Below, one piece after another: positions 50,416 to 59,328 of a DNA stretch of 64,000 nucleotides. Source of the DNA: Nitrospiraceae bacterium. Lineage in GTDB: Bacteria; Nitrospirota; Nitrospiria; Nitrospirales; Nitrospiraceae. The DNA lies in assembly GCA_050246315.1 (NCBI GenBank), contig JBFWWG010000009.1, positions 64,001 to 128,000 on the forward strand, in the 5' to 3' direction. The notes beneath the pieces are model-generated. The model saw nothing but the letters and a program-made list of their open reading frames with translations, searched no databases and was not told where the DNA came from. The first letter of the stretch is position 1. Each line of letters starts with the position of its first letter. Position numbers and translations under genes: made by a program.

Positions 50416-51199
50416 TTACAGTAGCTGGACGATACCGGCCGAGAACGTCCTCAGATCTTCGAGCCGAGCTTGAATGATGTCGTAGATCTCATCGTAGTCG
50501 ATCTTCCAATAGACATGAATCAGGAGATTTCGGAATCGCGCCATCTGCCGAAGGCGATCGGCAAGGTCATGGGAAATAATATCGGTCTGCTCTAGCCCAC
50601 ATTATTCATGATGGTTCGTCACGAAACCGCGAAGTCGCCATGCGAGACGGGCGCGTGGAGATGCGAGGGAGGGAGGCATACTTGAAACAGTATGTTGACC
50701 GACCGAGCAGCGAGCCCGCCCGCCATACCGCACTTCGTGTGAGCCGGCGGCTCATCGGGCATAGTCCCTCTATACGAAGCTTCGCTTGGACCGTCGGCTA
50801 TTCATCGTATTTTCGTAGCTGCGCCGACGGAGAAGCACCCTACGGGCATGTCCCTTCCTCAGTGTTTGATACGCCGCCGGAGAAATCCCTTCGACCGGCC
50901 GGGCTTGTCGTAGCGGCGAATGCCCGGTTGCAGTAGAAGCATTCATGAATAATGTGGGCTAGCGCCGTGAAGCAGGCTGCATACTCTTCCGGAACACGCT
51001 GTAGCTGCTTGGCGGATACGTGAAAGCAGAGGGCCAACGCCGCTTCGATGGCGACCAGCAGTCGGTAACAGGCAATATCCAGCTTGTCTTGGTCCGCCAG
51101 GAATTGTTCACGAGAGCCAGAACGGAATTGTTCCAGCCGCGAAATCGCTGCCTCAATCTCTTCGCAGCGTGACCGAACCAGATCCGGGTTCAGCCTCAT
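50416..51199 (-). pseudogene. hepT: HepT/DUF86 HEPN RNase toxin interrupted by MITE
   Basis: removing 367 bp restores a 138-aa ORF (...ACFTAL|EQTDIISHDLADRLRQMARFRNLLIHVYWKID...) with the RxxxxH motif. Confidence 0.92.
50592..50962 (-). mobile_element. ~370-bp MITE, intact copy (coordinates include both CTAG)
   Basis: perfect 20-bp inverted ends CTAGCCCACATTATTCATGA / TCATGAATAATGTGGGCTAG; inserted at a CTAG inside hepT; no transposase. Confidence 0.95.
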
Positions 51200-51645
51200 C
51201 CTGCGAACGCCTCTGCCGTGCTCCGCCGGAGGAGAGGGGCCAAGTCGAGGTATCGCCGGGCGACATCTTCCAAGGTGGCTGAAAGAAACCTCTCGTCCCG
51301 GCACAGGAGGAGGGATCCTCGGAGCACATGGTAGACGAAGGTCACCGGAGCCTCGTTGAGCACGCGGATGTCGACCGGCAATCCGAGCATTGAAGACAGC
51401 CGATCTTCCAGTTCAGCGGCGATTGACGAACTCCGTCCCGACGCCGACGGATGGAGATAGAGCCCAACGTCCACATCGTGGAACATCGTCTCGCTTAAAC
51501 AGGAACCATACAGATAGGCTACAGTCACCTCCGACTCCTTATCCAATTCGCGACTCAAGCCGGCCTGCAACTGAGCGAGCCGCTCCGTCGTCATCGGATA
51601 GGCCCGAGCGAACCTCGCACCCGTATCCTGCTCGTGGCGGTTCAT
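51196..51645 (-). CDS. mntA: MNT minimal nucleotidyltransferase antitoxin
   Basis: AYLYGS...HDVDVG, VDIRVLNEAP; ATGA overlap with hepT; promoter TTGTTC-N17-TATCAT 6 nt upstream. Confidence 0.88.
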   Translation of the reverse strand: MNRHEQDTGARFARAYPMTTERLAQLQAGLSRELDKESEVTVAYLYGSCLSETMFHDVDVGLYLHPSASGRSSSIAAELEDRLSSMLGLPVDIRVLNEAPVTFVYHVLRGSLLLCRDERFLSATLEDVARRYLDLAPLLRRSTAEAFAG

Positions 51646-51724
51646 GTGGCGATGATACAACGCTGACGAGATGCGAACAAGCAACGTCCGGGGAGGCGAA
51701 CTCTGGAGGAGGGGAAGCGGGGGA

Positions 51725-53404
51725 TTACTGGCGCAGGTTGGCCCAGGCCTTCTGATACTCCTCGAAGGAATCGACCTCCATCCAGCCTTTGAAGATCGGG
51801 ACGGCCTGGACGCTGTGGCCTGCATCGATGAGGTCCTGAACCATGTCGGTGAAGGAAGCTTTGGCCAGACTCGGCGCTTCGTGGAACGGCCGGTCGGCGC
51901 GGGAGGACAAGGCGTTGCGGTAGAGGCCGGTCATCGCCTGGATGCCCTGTTCGGAAAACATCGCGAGGCCGATGAACTCCGCATGAGCCTGGTCGTGCGG
52001 CACGTGCTGCCCGATCTTGACGATCCGGTGGTCTTCTTCCGGCATCACGAACCGTGACAGGTAGCCGCGGCCCGGCGCCTGCTCGAAGGTCACGAGGTCC
52101 GGATTGATGTGTGGCGCTCTGGCCCCCTGCTGTTGGTGATCGTACCAGGCCAAGTCCACCACCAGCGAAATGTCCGCGGGGCTCTTCAGCAATTTTTCCA
52201 GGATCGCCAGGTCGAAGATGATGTCTCCGTAGAGCACGATGGTCCGCCCGCGCATTTCGTGCTCGGCGCAGAAGAGCGAGAAGAGCTCGCCTGTCTCTTC
52301 GTATCGGTCGTTATCGTAGTAGCGGACGTTCGGAAGCGTGATCGCCTCTTTTTTATAGCCCCGAATCAGGGCGATTTCCTTGATGTCGCAATCGTTCAAG
52401 GCCGCGATCTGGCGCTCCAGGATCGTCTTGCCCTTGATGTCCAGCAGGCATTTGGGCCGGTCTTCGATCAGCGGCAGCAGTTGCTTCTCGAATCCGGCGG
52501 CGGCAATGATGGCGGTGATCTTCTCGCTGCCCACCGGGAGGAATTTCTTTTCGTCCTGCTCCATTTGCGGGACGCCGACGATCTCGTAGACTTCCTTCAG
52601 CTTGACGATCCGGTCGTTGACCGAACCGGGTCTGGTATCCTGCTTGATTACGTCGAGCGCGTCGCGCATGGCCCTGATGCTGGCCCGCACCATCTGATTC
52701 GCGTAAATCACGATTTTGAACCCCGCCTCTTCCAGTTCCGCCGCCGTGACGCCGTCGAAAATCGTCGGGACTACGACGAGCGGGACCTGTCCCGACCAGC
52801 GTGCGGCTACGGTTCGGAGTTCGTCGAATGTCGGGGACTTGGAGTGGATCAGCACGGCGTCGGCGCCGGCGTCGGCGTAGGCTTGCGCCCGCTTTAGGGC
52901 CTCGTCCTGCCCCCAGCCCGCGATGAGCGCTTCCGTTCTGGCGATGACCATGAATTCGGGAATGGTCTGCGCGGCCTTGGCAGCCTGAATCTTTCCGCAA
53001 TGTTCCTCAACCGGGATAAGTTCTCGACGGACCCCTGCATAGAAACTACAGCGCTTGGGGTAGACGTTGTCTTCGATGCAGATGGCCGCCACGCCCGCGC
53101 GTTCCCGGTCGTTCACCGTGCGCATGACGTTCAGCGCGTTGCCGTAGCCGGTATCGCAGTCGGCAATGATCGGAATCGACACGGCCTCGGCGATGTTGCG
53201 CTCCACCTCAAGCTGTTCGCTCGAGGTGATGAAGCTGGCGTCGGGAATGCATTTCAAGGAGGCGGAGATCGCAAAGCCGCTGGCCCAGATGGCGTCGAAG
53301 CCCGCGCGTTCGATCAGCTTGGCGCTCAACGCGTCCTGGGCGCCGACGGCCTTGATGATGCCCGGTTGCTTGAGTAGGGTACGGAGTTTGACCGCGGGAT
53401 GCAT
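51725..53404 (-). CDS. pepM: PEP mutase-like enzyme fused to a C-terminal nucleotidyltransferase domain
   Basis: WASGF, ADCDTGYG, EDNVYPKRCS, ARTEALIAG, GADAVLIHSK, VVVPT, IYANQ; C-terminal PKCLLDIKGK, YGDIIF, WMEVD. Confidence 0.8.
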   Translation of the reverse strand: MHPAVKLRTLLKQPGIIKAVGAQDALSAKLIERAGFDAIWASGFAISASLKCIPDASFITSSEQLEVERNIAEAVSIPIIADCDTGYGNALNVMRTVNDRERAGVAAICIEDNVYPKRCSFYAGVRRELIPVEEHCGKIQAAKAAQTIPEFMVIARTEALIAGWGQDEALKRAQAYADAGADAVLIHSKSPTFDELRTVAARWSGQVPLVVVPTIFDGVTAAELEEAGFKIVIYANQMVRASIRAMRDALDVIKQDTRPGSVNDRIVKLKEVYEIVGVPQMEQDEKKFLPVGSEKITAIIAAAGFEKQLLPLIEDRPKCLLDIKGKTILERQIAALNDCDIKEIALIRGYKKEAITLPNVRYYDNDRYEETGELFSLFCAEHEMRGRTIVLYGDIIFDLAILEKLLKSPADISLVVDLAWYDHQQQGARAPHINPDLVTFEQAPGRGYLSRFVMPEEDHRIVKIGQHVPHDQAHAEFIGLAMFSEQGIQAMTGLYRNALSSRADRPFHEAPSLAKASFTDMVQDLIDAGHSVQAVPIFKGWMEVDSFEEYQKAWANLRQ

Positions 53405-53412
53405 GGGCCCGC

Positions 53413-53441
53413 ACTATGGGCAAACGACGAAGCGTTGTCAA
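53413..53441 (-). promoter_or_regulatory. sigma70 promoter of pepM, near-leaderless
   Basis: TTGACA-N17-CATAGT-N8-ATG, no SD. Confidence 0.65.
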
Positions 53442-53474
53442 TATCCGTGAGGCGCCACGTGGTATTCGAGGACA

Positions 53475-54032
53475 TCAATTGCGGGGCGTGGCGTCGCTCC
53501 TCGGGTAGAACCGCTGAGCCAAACTCTGGCTCTCGTAAAAGATAATACCCTGCTGGGTCTGCGGGTTGAAGGTCAGCATGATGTCGGTCTCGGGTCCCTT
53601 CCAGTTGAACGTCTGGATCGAGATGTTTGCGATCTGACCGGGTGTCCGGTCCAGGAGGCCGAACCTTGATTCAAGGTAGGCGACGATGCTCTTGTGGGCC
53701 TCCAGGCTCTGGTACCGTATGGTCACACGGGAAAACTTCCCGTCGATGGCGACGAATTTCATCGACTCGACCGGATGTCCGCCGAACGAAGGCGGACCGG
53801 ATTCCCGCTCATAGGTGACGATCCGGGGCGAGCGATCAACGACATGAAGATCGTCGGATTCCTTCAACTCGGCCCCCCAAGGAATGCCCTCGAAATCGCG
53901 CGGATCGTTGGTCATGGTCACCGCCTGCGCGGCCAGGAACGACCAGAGCGAGGCGACCAGCGCCAGACCCAGGCCCGCGCGCCACCGTCGCCTCGGACGC
54001 TGCGTAGGATGTACGTGGTTCGGGAGTGCCAC
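53475..54032 (-). CDS. exported hypothetical protein, paralog 1
   Basis: signal peptide; MTNDPRDFEGIPWG, FSRVTIRY, TPGQ, FNWKGPET. Confidence 0.8.
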   Translation of the reverse strand: MALPNHVHPTQRPRRRWRAGLGLALVASLWSFLAAQAVTMTNDPRDFEGIPWGAELKESDDLHVVDRSPRIVTYERESGPPSFGGHPVESMKFVAIDGKFSRVTIRYQSLEAHKSIVAYLESRFGLLDRTPGQIANISIQTFNWKGPETDIMLTFNPQTQQGIIFYESQSLAQRFYPRSDATPRN

Positions 54033-54053
54033 GGTGCTCCTTGGACGAGTGGC

Positions 54054-54587
54054 CTACTCGCCCGAATCGGTCAACGCATCGTTGAATCGAGGAGACAACA
54101 CGCGGCTTTCGATAAAGACGAACCCGCGTCCGCTCTGCGCTTGGAAGGTGACGTTGATCTCCGTTTCCGGTCCTCTCCAATTAAACTGTTGGTTGAGCCC
54201 GCGGACCATCTGTCCCGGAGTCTTGTCGAGGGCGCCGTATTGCTCCTCCAGGTACGCCATCACCTGCTGATGGGCGTCATTCCCGCGGTAGCGGATCGTC
54301 ACGCGCGCAAAACGATCTTGCCAGGCGGTGAAGGTGACGCTCTCCACAGGAATGGTTCCCAGCAATGGAGGGCCGTTCTTGCACTGATAGTCGGCCACGT
54401 CCTTGCTCGAATAGGTCTGCTGCACATCCGACCGGCCGGCCAGCGCATCGCCCCAACGGATGCCGAGAAAGCTGCCGGGGTCGTTGGTCATCTCCGCAGC
54501 CCCAGCCGGGACGACGAGGAGGACGAGCCAGGCGAGTCCCAAGAGAACCGAGATGCGCTGAGCCCCTGTGTGTGAGGCCTGTAGCAT
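54054..54587 (-). CDS. exported hypothetical protein, paralog 2 (start uncertain)
   Basis: signal peptide; MTNDPGSFLGIRWG, FARVTIRY, TPGQ, FNWRGPET. Confidence 0.8.
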   Translation of the reverse strand: MLQASHTGAQRISVLLGLAWLVLLVVPAGAAEMTNDPGSFLGIRWGDALAGRSDVQQTYSSKDVADYQCKNGPPLLGTIPVESVTFTAWQDRFARVTIRYRGNDAHQQVMAYLEEQYGALDKTPGQMVRGLNQQFNWRGPETEINVTFQAQSGRGFVFIESRVLSPRFNDALTDSGE

Positions 54588-54663
54588 GGCGAACGCTAGC
54601 ACGGTCGGCCCGATCCGCGCAACGGACCGACGGGTGTGGAGGAGCACGGCGTAGGCATGACGA

Positions 54664-54693
54664 TTGAGAATCGTCAAAGGGCTTGGCTATAAT
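54664..54693 (+). promoter_or_regulatory. sigma70 promoter of the decarboxylase operon
   Basis: TTGAGA-N18-TATAAT. Confidence 0.7.
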
Positions 54694-54721
54694 CCGTTTT
54701 CTTTATCGATGGCGAGGGGAC

Positions 54722-55237
54722 ATGACCGACGGCAACCAAATGATCGAGAGCGATGTCTTCGTCCAGGCGCTCCAAGAGATCGGAATCGAATTTTTTACCG
54801 GTGTGCCGGACTCTATTCTCGGCGGAATCATCGAAACCCTGATGGAGCGGCGCTTGTATGTGCCGGCCACGCGTGAGGATGAAGCGCTGGCCATGGCGGC
54901 CGGGGCTTATATGGCGGGGAAGGTCCCGGCCGTCTTGATGCAGAACTCAGGGCTGGGGACCTCGCTGAACACGCTGATCTCGTTGAATCTGATCTATCAG
55001 CAGCCCTGCGTGTTGATCGTGTCATGGCGCGGCTTTCAGGGGAAGGATGCGCCGGAGCATCTGGTGATGGGGCAAACCATGCCGCAGCTCCTGGATTTGA
55101 TGAAGATACCCCACCGGACGCTGTCCGCCGGCACATTTGCCGACGACCTGCGTTGGACGGCCGAAACCTTCATGAAGCAGCAGATCCCCCTGGCCCTGAT
55201 CATCAAGAAGGGCGTCATCAAGAGTTTGCATCCGTGA
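54722..55237 (+). CDS. phosphonopyruvate/sulfopyruvate decarboxylase alpha subunit
   Basis: FFTGVPDS, REDEA, LMQNSGLG, SWRG..GKDAPEH..MG. Confidence 0.9.
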   Translation: MTDGNQMIESDVFVQALQEIGIEFFTGVPDSILGGIIETLMERRLYVPATREDEALAMAAGAYMAGKVPAVLMQNSGLGTSLNTLISLNLIYQQPCVLIVSWRGFQGKDAPEHLVMGQTMPQLLDLMKIPHRTLSAGTFADDLRWTAETFMKQQIPLALIIKKGVIKSLHP

Positions 55238-55264
55238 GTGGGATCACAGAATGAGAGACCACCT

Positions 55265-55849
55265 ATGACACTCAGACCGGAACAAGGGGCCATGCAGAGC
55301 CGCGCGCGAGCCATGGAAGCCTTGCTAGAACTGCTGACCGATCAACCGGTCATTATCTGCAACGGATTTCCCTCCCGCGAGGCCTTCACGATCGCAGACC
55401 GGCCCACACACTTCTACATGATCGGGTCCATGGGCGTTGCCGCCGCCATCGGGTTGGGTGTGGCCCTCGCGAAGCCCCAGAAAAAGGTCGTCGTGTTCGA
55501 CGGCGACGGCAACGTTCTGATGGGAATGGGCACACTCGCGACGGTCGGCGCGACCAGACCGAAAAATCTTGTCCATGTCGTGTTCGACAACGAAGTCTAC
55601 GGCAGTACGGGCAATCAGCCGACTTATTCTCGGCTGGTCCGGCTGGATCTCGTGGCCAAGGCCGCGGGCTATGTCCATGTCGAGCGGGTAATCGAACGCG
55701 AGGACTTGGTGTATGAGTTCAAGGAGATGCTCGGTAAAGACGGGCCGAGCTTCCTGCTCGTGAAGGTCAACGAATGGGTGGAGGACGTCGGACGGGTTCT
55801 GCACGATCCTCCCGAGATCACGCAACGGTTCAAGAAGGCGATCGCATGA
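55265..55849 (+). CDS. phosphonopyruvate/sulfopyruvate decarboxylase beta subunit (TPP-binding)
   Basis: GFPSRE, FYMIGSMG, DGDG...DN, STGNQPT. Confidence 0.9.
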   Translation: MTLRPEQGAMQSRARAMEALLELLTDQPVIICNGFPSREAFTIADRPTHFYMIGSMGVAAAIGLGVALAKPQKKVVVFDGDGNVLMGMGTLATVGATRPKNLVHVVFDNEVYGSTGNQPTYSRLVRLDLVAKAAGYVHVERVIEREDLVYEFKEMLGKDGPSFLLVKVNEWVEDVGRVLHDPPEITQRFKKAIA

Positions 55850-55950
55850 CGTCAATCGTCAAGCGTCATTCGTCAACAGTAAGGCGAGATCATTATGGTG
55901 CTGATTCCAGCGGTCACCCTCGATTGACGAGTGACCAATGACGATTGACG
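55850..55950. repeat. inverted heptamer arrays (CGTCAAT / ATTGACG)
   Basis: cgtcaat-cgtcaag-cgtcatt-cgtcaac, 45-nt spacer, attgacg-agtgacc-aatgacg-attgacg. Confidence 0.85.
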
Positions 55951-55960
55951 GAGGTTTCCT

Positions 55961-57055
55961 GTGATCCTACTGAATCCCGGTCCAGTCAACGTGTCCGAAC
56001 GAGTCCGGCAGGCCCTGCATCGGCCGGATCTGTGCCACCGCGAGCGCGAGTTCACCGACCTGTTGCATCGTATCCAGGACAAGCTACTGAAGGCATTTGT
56101 GCCGGGCGCGGAGCACGACTACACCGCAGCCATCATCACGGGGTCCGGAACCTCGGCGGTGGAGGCCGCGATCGGATCGGCTCTCCCGCAAGGCAAGCGT
56201 TCTATGGTGATCAATAACGGCGTGTACGGCGACCGCATGTCGCAGATGACGCTGACCCACCGGATGGGTGTCCCGGACTTGAAGCTTGATTGGGGAAAGC
56301 GCCCCGACCCGGAGGTTGTGAGACTCGCCCTGCGGCAGCATCAAGAAGTCCACCTGGTGGCGATGGTACACCACGAGACGACGCTGGGACTGGTCAACCC
56401 GGCGAAGGAGATCGCCGACGTGGTTGACAGTCAGAACCGCGTGTTCATGCTCGATGCCGTCAGCAGCTTGGCCGGTGACCCATTGGATATCGCCGGCTCC
56501 CACATCTATCTGGTGGCCGGCACTTCGGGAAAATGCATCCAAGGGTTCCCGGGCGTCTCGTTCGTCCTCATCCGGCGCGGATTCTTGCAGCGCATGCGGA
56601 GCTACCCTCGGAAATCCTGGTACCTGCACCTGCCCCACTATCTGGACGATGAAGGTCGGCCGACGGTGCCCTTCACCCCCGCGGTGCAGGTCTATTATGC
56701 GTTCGACGAGGCCCTGTCCGAGCTGTTGGAGGAAGGGGTGCCGAAGCGGATCGAGCGGTATAAGCGTGCCGCGAAGCTGATTCGAGACCGGATGAAGACG
56801 CTCGGTCTCAAACCGGTGGTGCCGCCGGAGTTTCAGTCAAACACGCTGACCGCCTACCACCTGCCGGAGGGCCTGAGCTACGATCTGTTACATGACCGCC
56901 TCAAAGAGCGGGGCTACGTGATCTATGCCGGTCAAGGCCAGCTCGAGTCCAAGATTTTCCGCGTGGCCAACATGGGGGTCTTGTCGGCACAAGACCTGGA
57001 AGGGTTTCTGGCCGCCTTTCAGGAGGTGCTGGAACAGGCAGCGGTGTCTCGTTGA
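55961..57055 (+). CDS. 2-aminoethylphosphonate aminotransferase (class V PLP)
   Basis: LLNPGPV, DLCHRE, GSGT, HHETT.G..NP, DAVSS, KCIQG.PG, PFTP, VIYAGQ, FRVANMG. Confidence 0.88.
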   Translation: MILLNPGPVNVSERVRQALHRPDLCHREREFTDLLHRIQDKLLKAFVPGAEHDYTAAIITGSGTSAVEAAIGSALPQGKRSMVINNGVYGDRMSQMTLTHRMGVPDLKLDWGKRPDPEVVRLALRQHQEVHLVAMVHHETTLGLVNPAKEIADVVDSQNRVFMLDAVSSLAGDPLDIAGSHIYLVAGTSGKCIQGFPGVSFVLIRRGFLQRMRSYPRKSWYLHLPHYLDDEGRPTVPFTPAVQVYYAFDEALSELLEEGVPKRIERYKRAAKLIRDRMKTLGLKPVVPPEFQSNTLTAYHLPEGLSYDLLHDRLKERGYVIYAGQGQLESKIFRVANMGVLSAQDLEGFLAAFQEVLEQAAVSR

Positions 57056-57774
57056 AGGCCGTCATCCTCGCCGCCGGTATCGGCAAGCGGCTCTGGGACA
57101 TTACGCAGCACCGACCCAAATGTTTGATCGAGTTCGCCGGCAAGAGCCTTCTCGTTCGCCATCTGGAACACCTGGCCTCCCAGGGTGTGCAGCGGGCCAC
57201 CGTGGTCGTCGGCTACAAGCAGGAGATGATTCGGAACGCCATTGGAACAGTTCATGCGGGAGTGGATCTGACGTATCTCGTCAATGACCAGTATCACCGC
57301 GGGAGCATCTCCTCGCTGTGGTTGGCGCGAACGGAGTTCGACGACGATGCGATCGTGATGGATGCCGACGTGTTGTACCATCGAGATATCATGAAGCGGC
57401 TGATCCACTCGCCCTATGCGAACTGTTTGTTAATGGACGAGACGGTCGTCCAGCAGGGCGAAGAGTGCATGGTGGTCGTGCGGGGAGGGCGGGTGATTGC
57501 GCTCACGAAGCGGGTCCCTTCCGTGTATGATTATGCGGGGGAAGGCGTCGGTTTTCTCAAGGTTGGCCGCCAGGACGCGGAGCACCTGGTCGGCTCGCTG
57601 CGGGCGCACATCGATCGAGGTGCCTGGGAGATGGAATATGAAGACGGGCTGCTCGAATTTTTTGACCGGGTCCGCGTGGGCCACGAAAAAATCGGTGGGC
57701 TGCCCTGGACCGAGATCGACTTCCCGGAGGACGTGACCCGTGCGGAACGGGAAATCCTGCCGAAGCTGGACTAA
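57052..57774 (+). CDS. LicC/PntC-like cytidylyltransferase
   Basis: TTG start overlapping the upstream stop; ILAAGIGKRL, PKCLI, DADV, GEGVGF, WTEIDFPED. Confidence 0.85.
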   Translation: MKAVILAAGIGKRLWDITQHRPKCLIEFAGKSLLVRHLEHLASQGVQRATVVVGYKQEMIRNAIGTVHAGVDLTYLVNDQYHRGSISSLWLARTEFDDDAIVMDADVLYHRDIMKRLIHSPYANCLLMDETVVQQGEECMVVVRGGRVIALTKRVPSVYDYAGEGVGFLKVGRQDAEHLVGSLRAHIDRGAWEMEYEDGLLEFFDRVRVGHEKIGGLPWTEIDFPEDVTRAEREILPKLD

Positions 57775-57828
57775 GCCACTCGGTCGCGTTAGAGTGCCGA
57801 AAGACAGGCCGACCCTGGATACGGAACG

Positions 57829-59328
57829 ATGAGTCAGAGTGCGCTGCAACGCTTTGCCCAGACCCGAGAACTGACCTCCGCGATTGTGGTGACGGCGCGC
57901 AACGTCTTCACCTCCACGCCCGTCTCAGTCCACACCGGCATCAGCCCGCTCACCCGAATCGCCGGCGTGACGATCTTTCAGCGCGGCATCCTGACCCTGC
58001 AGCGGGCCGGCGTGAACCAGATTTTTGTGTTGGCGGGTGACGAAGCGGAAACGCTCAAAGCGGTCGTACGCGACGGGCCGCCGATCACGGCGGGCATCCG
58101 GTGGATTCCGGTCCGGGAGTTCCCGCTCGACGACCCCCGGACATGGGAAACACTGGCGGCCGACGCCAAAGGCGCCTGCCTCGTGATTGGGCCGCAGGCC
58201 GCTTTTTCGCGAAACCTGATCGAAACGTTGCGTGGCAAGGGGCCGATCGAGGACCTCCTGCTCGTGTTGCAGCCCGACGAGCGCCATCGGACCGCGCCTG
58301 GTCGTTCCGATCGTGCCGATCGCGTGTTGCCGACGAAACGGGATCGTCTGGCTCGATTGGCTGCCATCGGGTTGGGCGGAGAACGAGAGATGCGCGAAGC
58401 CCGTTCCGGACGCGTCGCGGCCGAGGTACTCGTTCTGCCCGCCGGTCTACTTTCAAACGGACATTCTTTCGTCGATGCCCTGCTTGCTCAATCAGGGGAG
58501 GAACACCGAGGGGATGGCGAGCCGCTCCTGTCCCGACTCGTCGGGTTGGCAGCGGCAGAACGACGCATTCAGGTTGTTGAAGCGGCGCGGGATGCCAACC
58601 TCTGGGCGAGGGACATTCACGACGAACGGGACGCGTCGGCGGTCGAGCGGGATCTCTATCGCTCCTTTAAGAACCATTCCGAAGGGTTCATCGATCGGTA
58701 TTTTAATCGGAAGCTTTCTCCATTCTTCACCAAGCTCTTCTTAAAGCTGAAACTGAGCCCCAACGCGGTCACGGTACTGGCCACCCTGATCGGGCTGGCC
58801 GGCGCGGCTTCCTTCGGGATGGGGACATACGAGGCCGGTCTGCTGGGAGCCCTCCTGTTTCAATTGGCCGCGGTGATCGACTGTTGCGACGGCGAGGTGG
58901 CGAGGCTGACGTTCACAGAGTCCCCGTTGGGAGCCAAGCTCGATCTCGCTCTCGACAACGTGGTGCACATGGCGGTATTTGCCGGCATCGCCTACGGCGC
59001 CTATGAGACGCAGGATGCGAGCGGGGAGGCGTGGCTGTACCTGGCACTTGGCGCGGTGGCGGTCGTCTCCAATGCCCTGGCCTTCTGGCTGGTCACAAGG
59101 CTGACTGCGAAGCCGAGCGGGGCCATCCCGGGCTCAACCGCGCGGGCCAGATGGAAGGATTTTATTCTCAAGAACATCGCGACACGTGATTTTTCCATGA
59201 TCGTGCTGCTCTTCGCCGTGATCGGTCGTCTGGATTGGTTCCTGCTCTTGGCGGTCATCGGATCGGCCTTCTTCGGTCTGGTGCTGACCTGGCTGGTTTT
59301 CTCGACCCGCTCCGCTCGTGCTTCTTAA
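57829..59328 (+). CDS. CDP-alcohol phosphotransferase with degenerate N-terminal NTP-transferase-like domain
   Basis: SPNAVT; DCCDGEVAR-x7-GAKLDLALD CAPT signature; C-terminal TM helices. Confidence 0.88.
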   Translation: MSQSALQRFAQTRELTSAIVVTARNVFTSTPVSVHTGISPLTRIAGVTIFQRGILTLQRAGVNQIFVLAGDEAETLKAVVRDGPPITAGIRWIPVREFPLDDPRTWETLAADAKGACLVIGPQAAFSRNLIETLRGKGPIEDLLLVLQPDERHRTAPGRSDRADRVLPTKRDRLARLAAIGLGGEREMREARSGRVAAEVLVLPAGLLSNGHSFVDALLAQSGEEHRGDGEPLLSRLVGLAAAERRIQVVEAARDANLWARDIHDERDASAVERDLYRSFKNHSEGFIDRYFNRKLSPFFTKLFLKLKLSPNAVTVLATLIGLAGAASFGMGTYEAGLLGALLFQLAAVIDCCDGEVARLTFTESPLGAKLDLALDNVVHMAVFAGIAYGAYETQDASGEAWLYLALGAVAVVSNALAFWLVTRLTAKPSGAIPGSTARARWKDFILKNIATRDFSMIVLLFAVIGRLDWFLLLAVIGSAFFGLVLTWLVFSTRSARAS

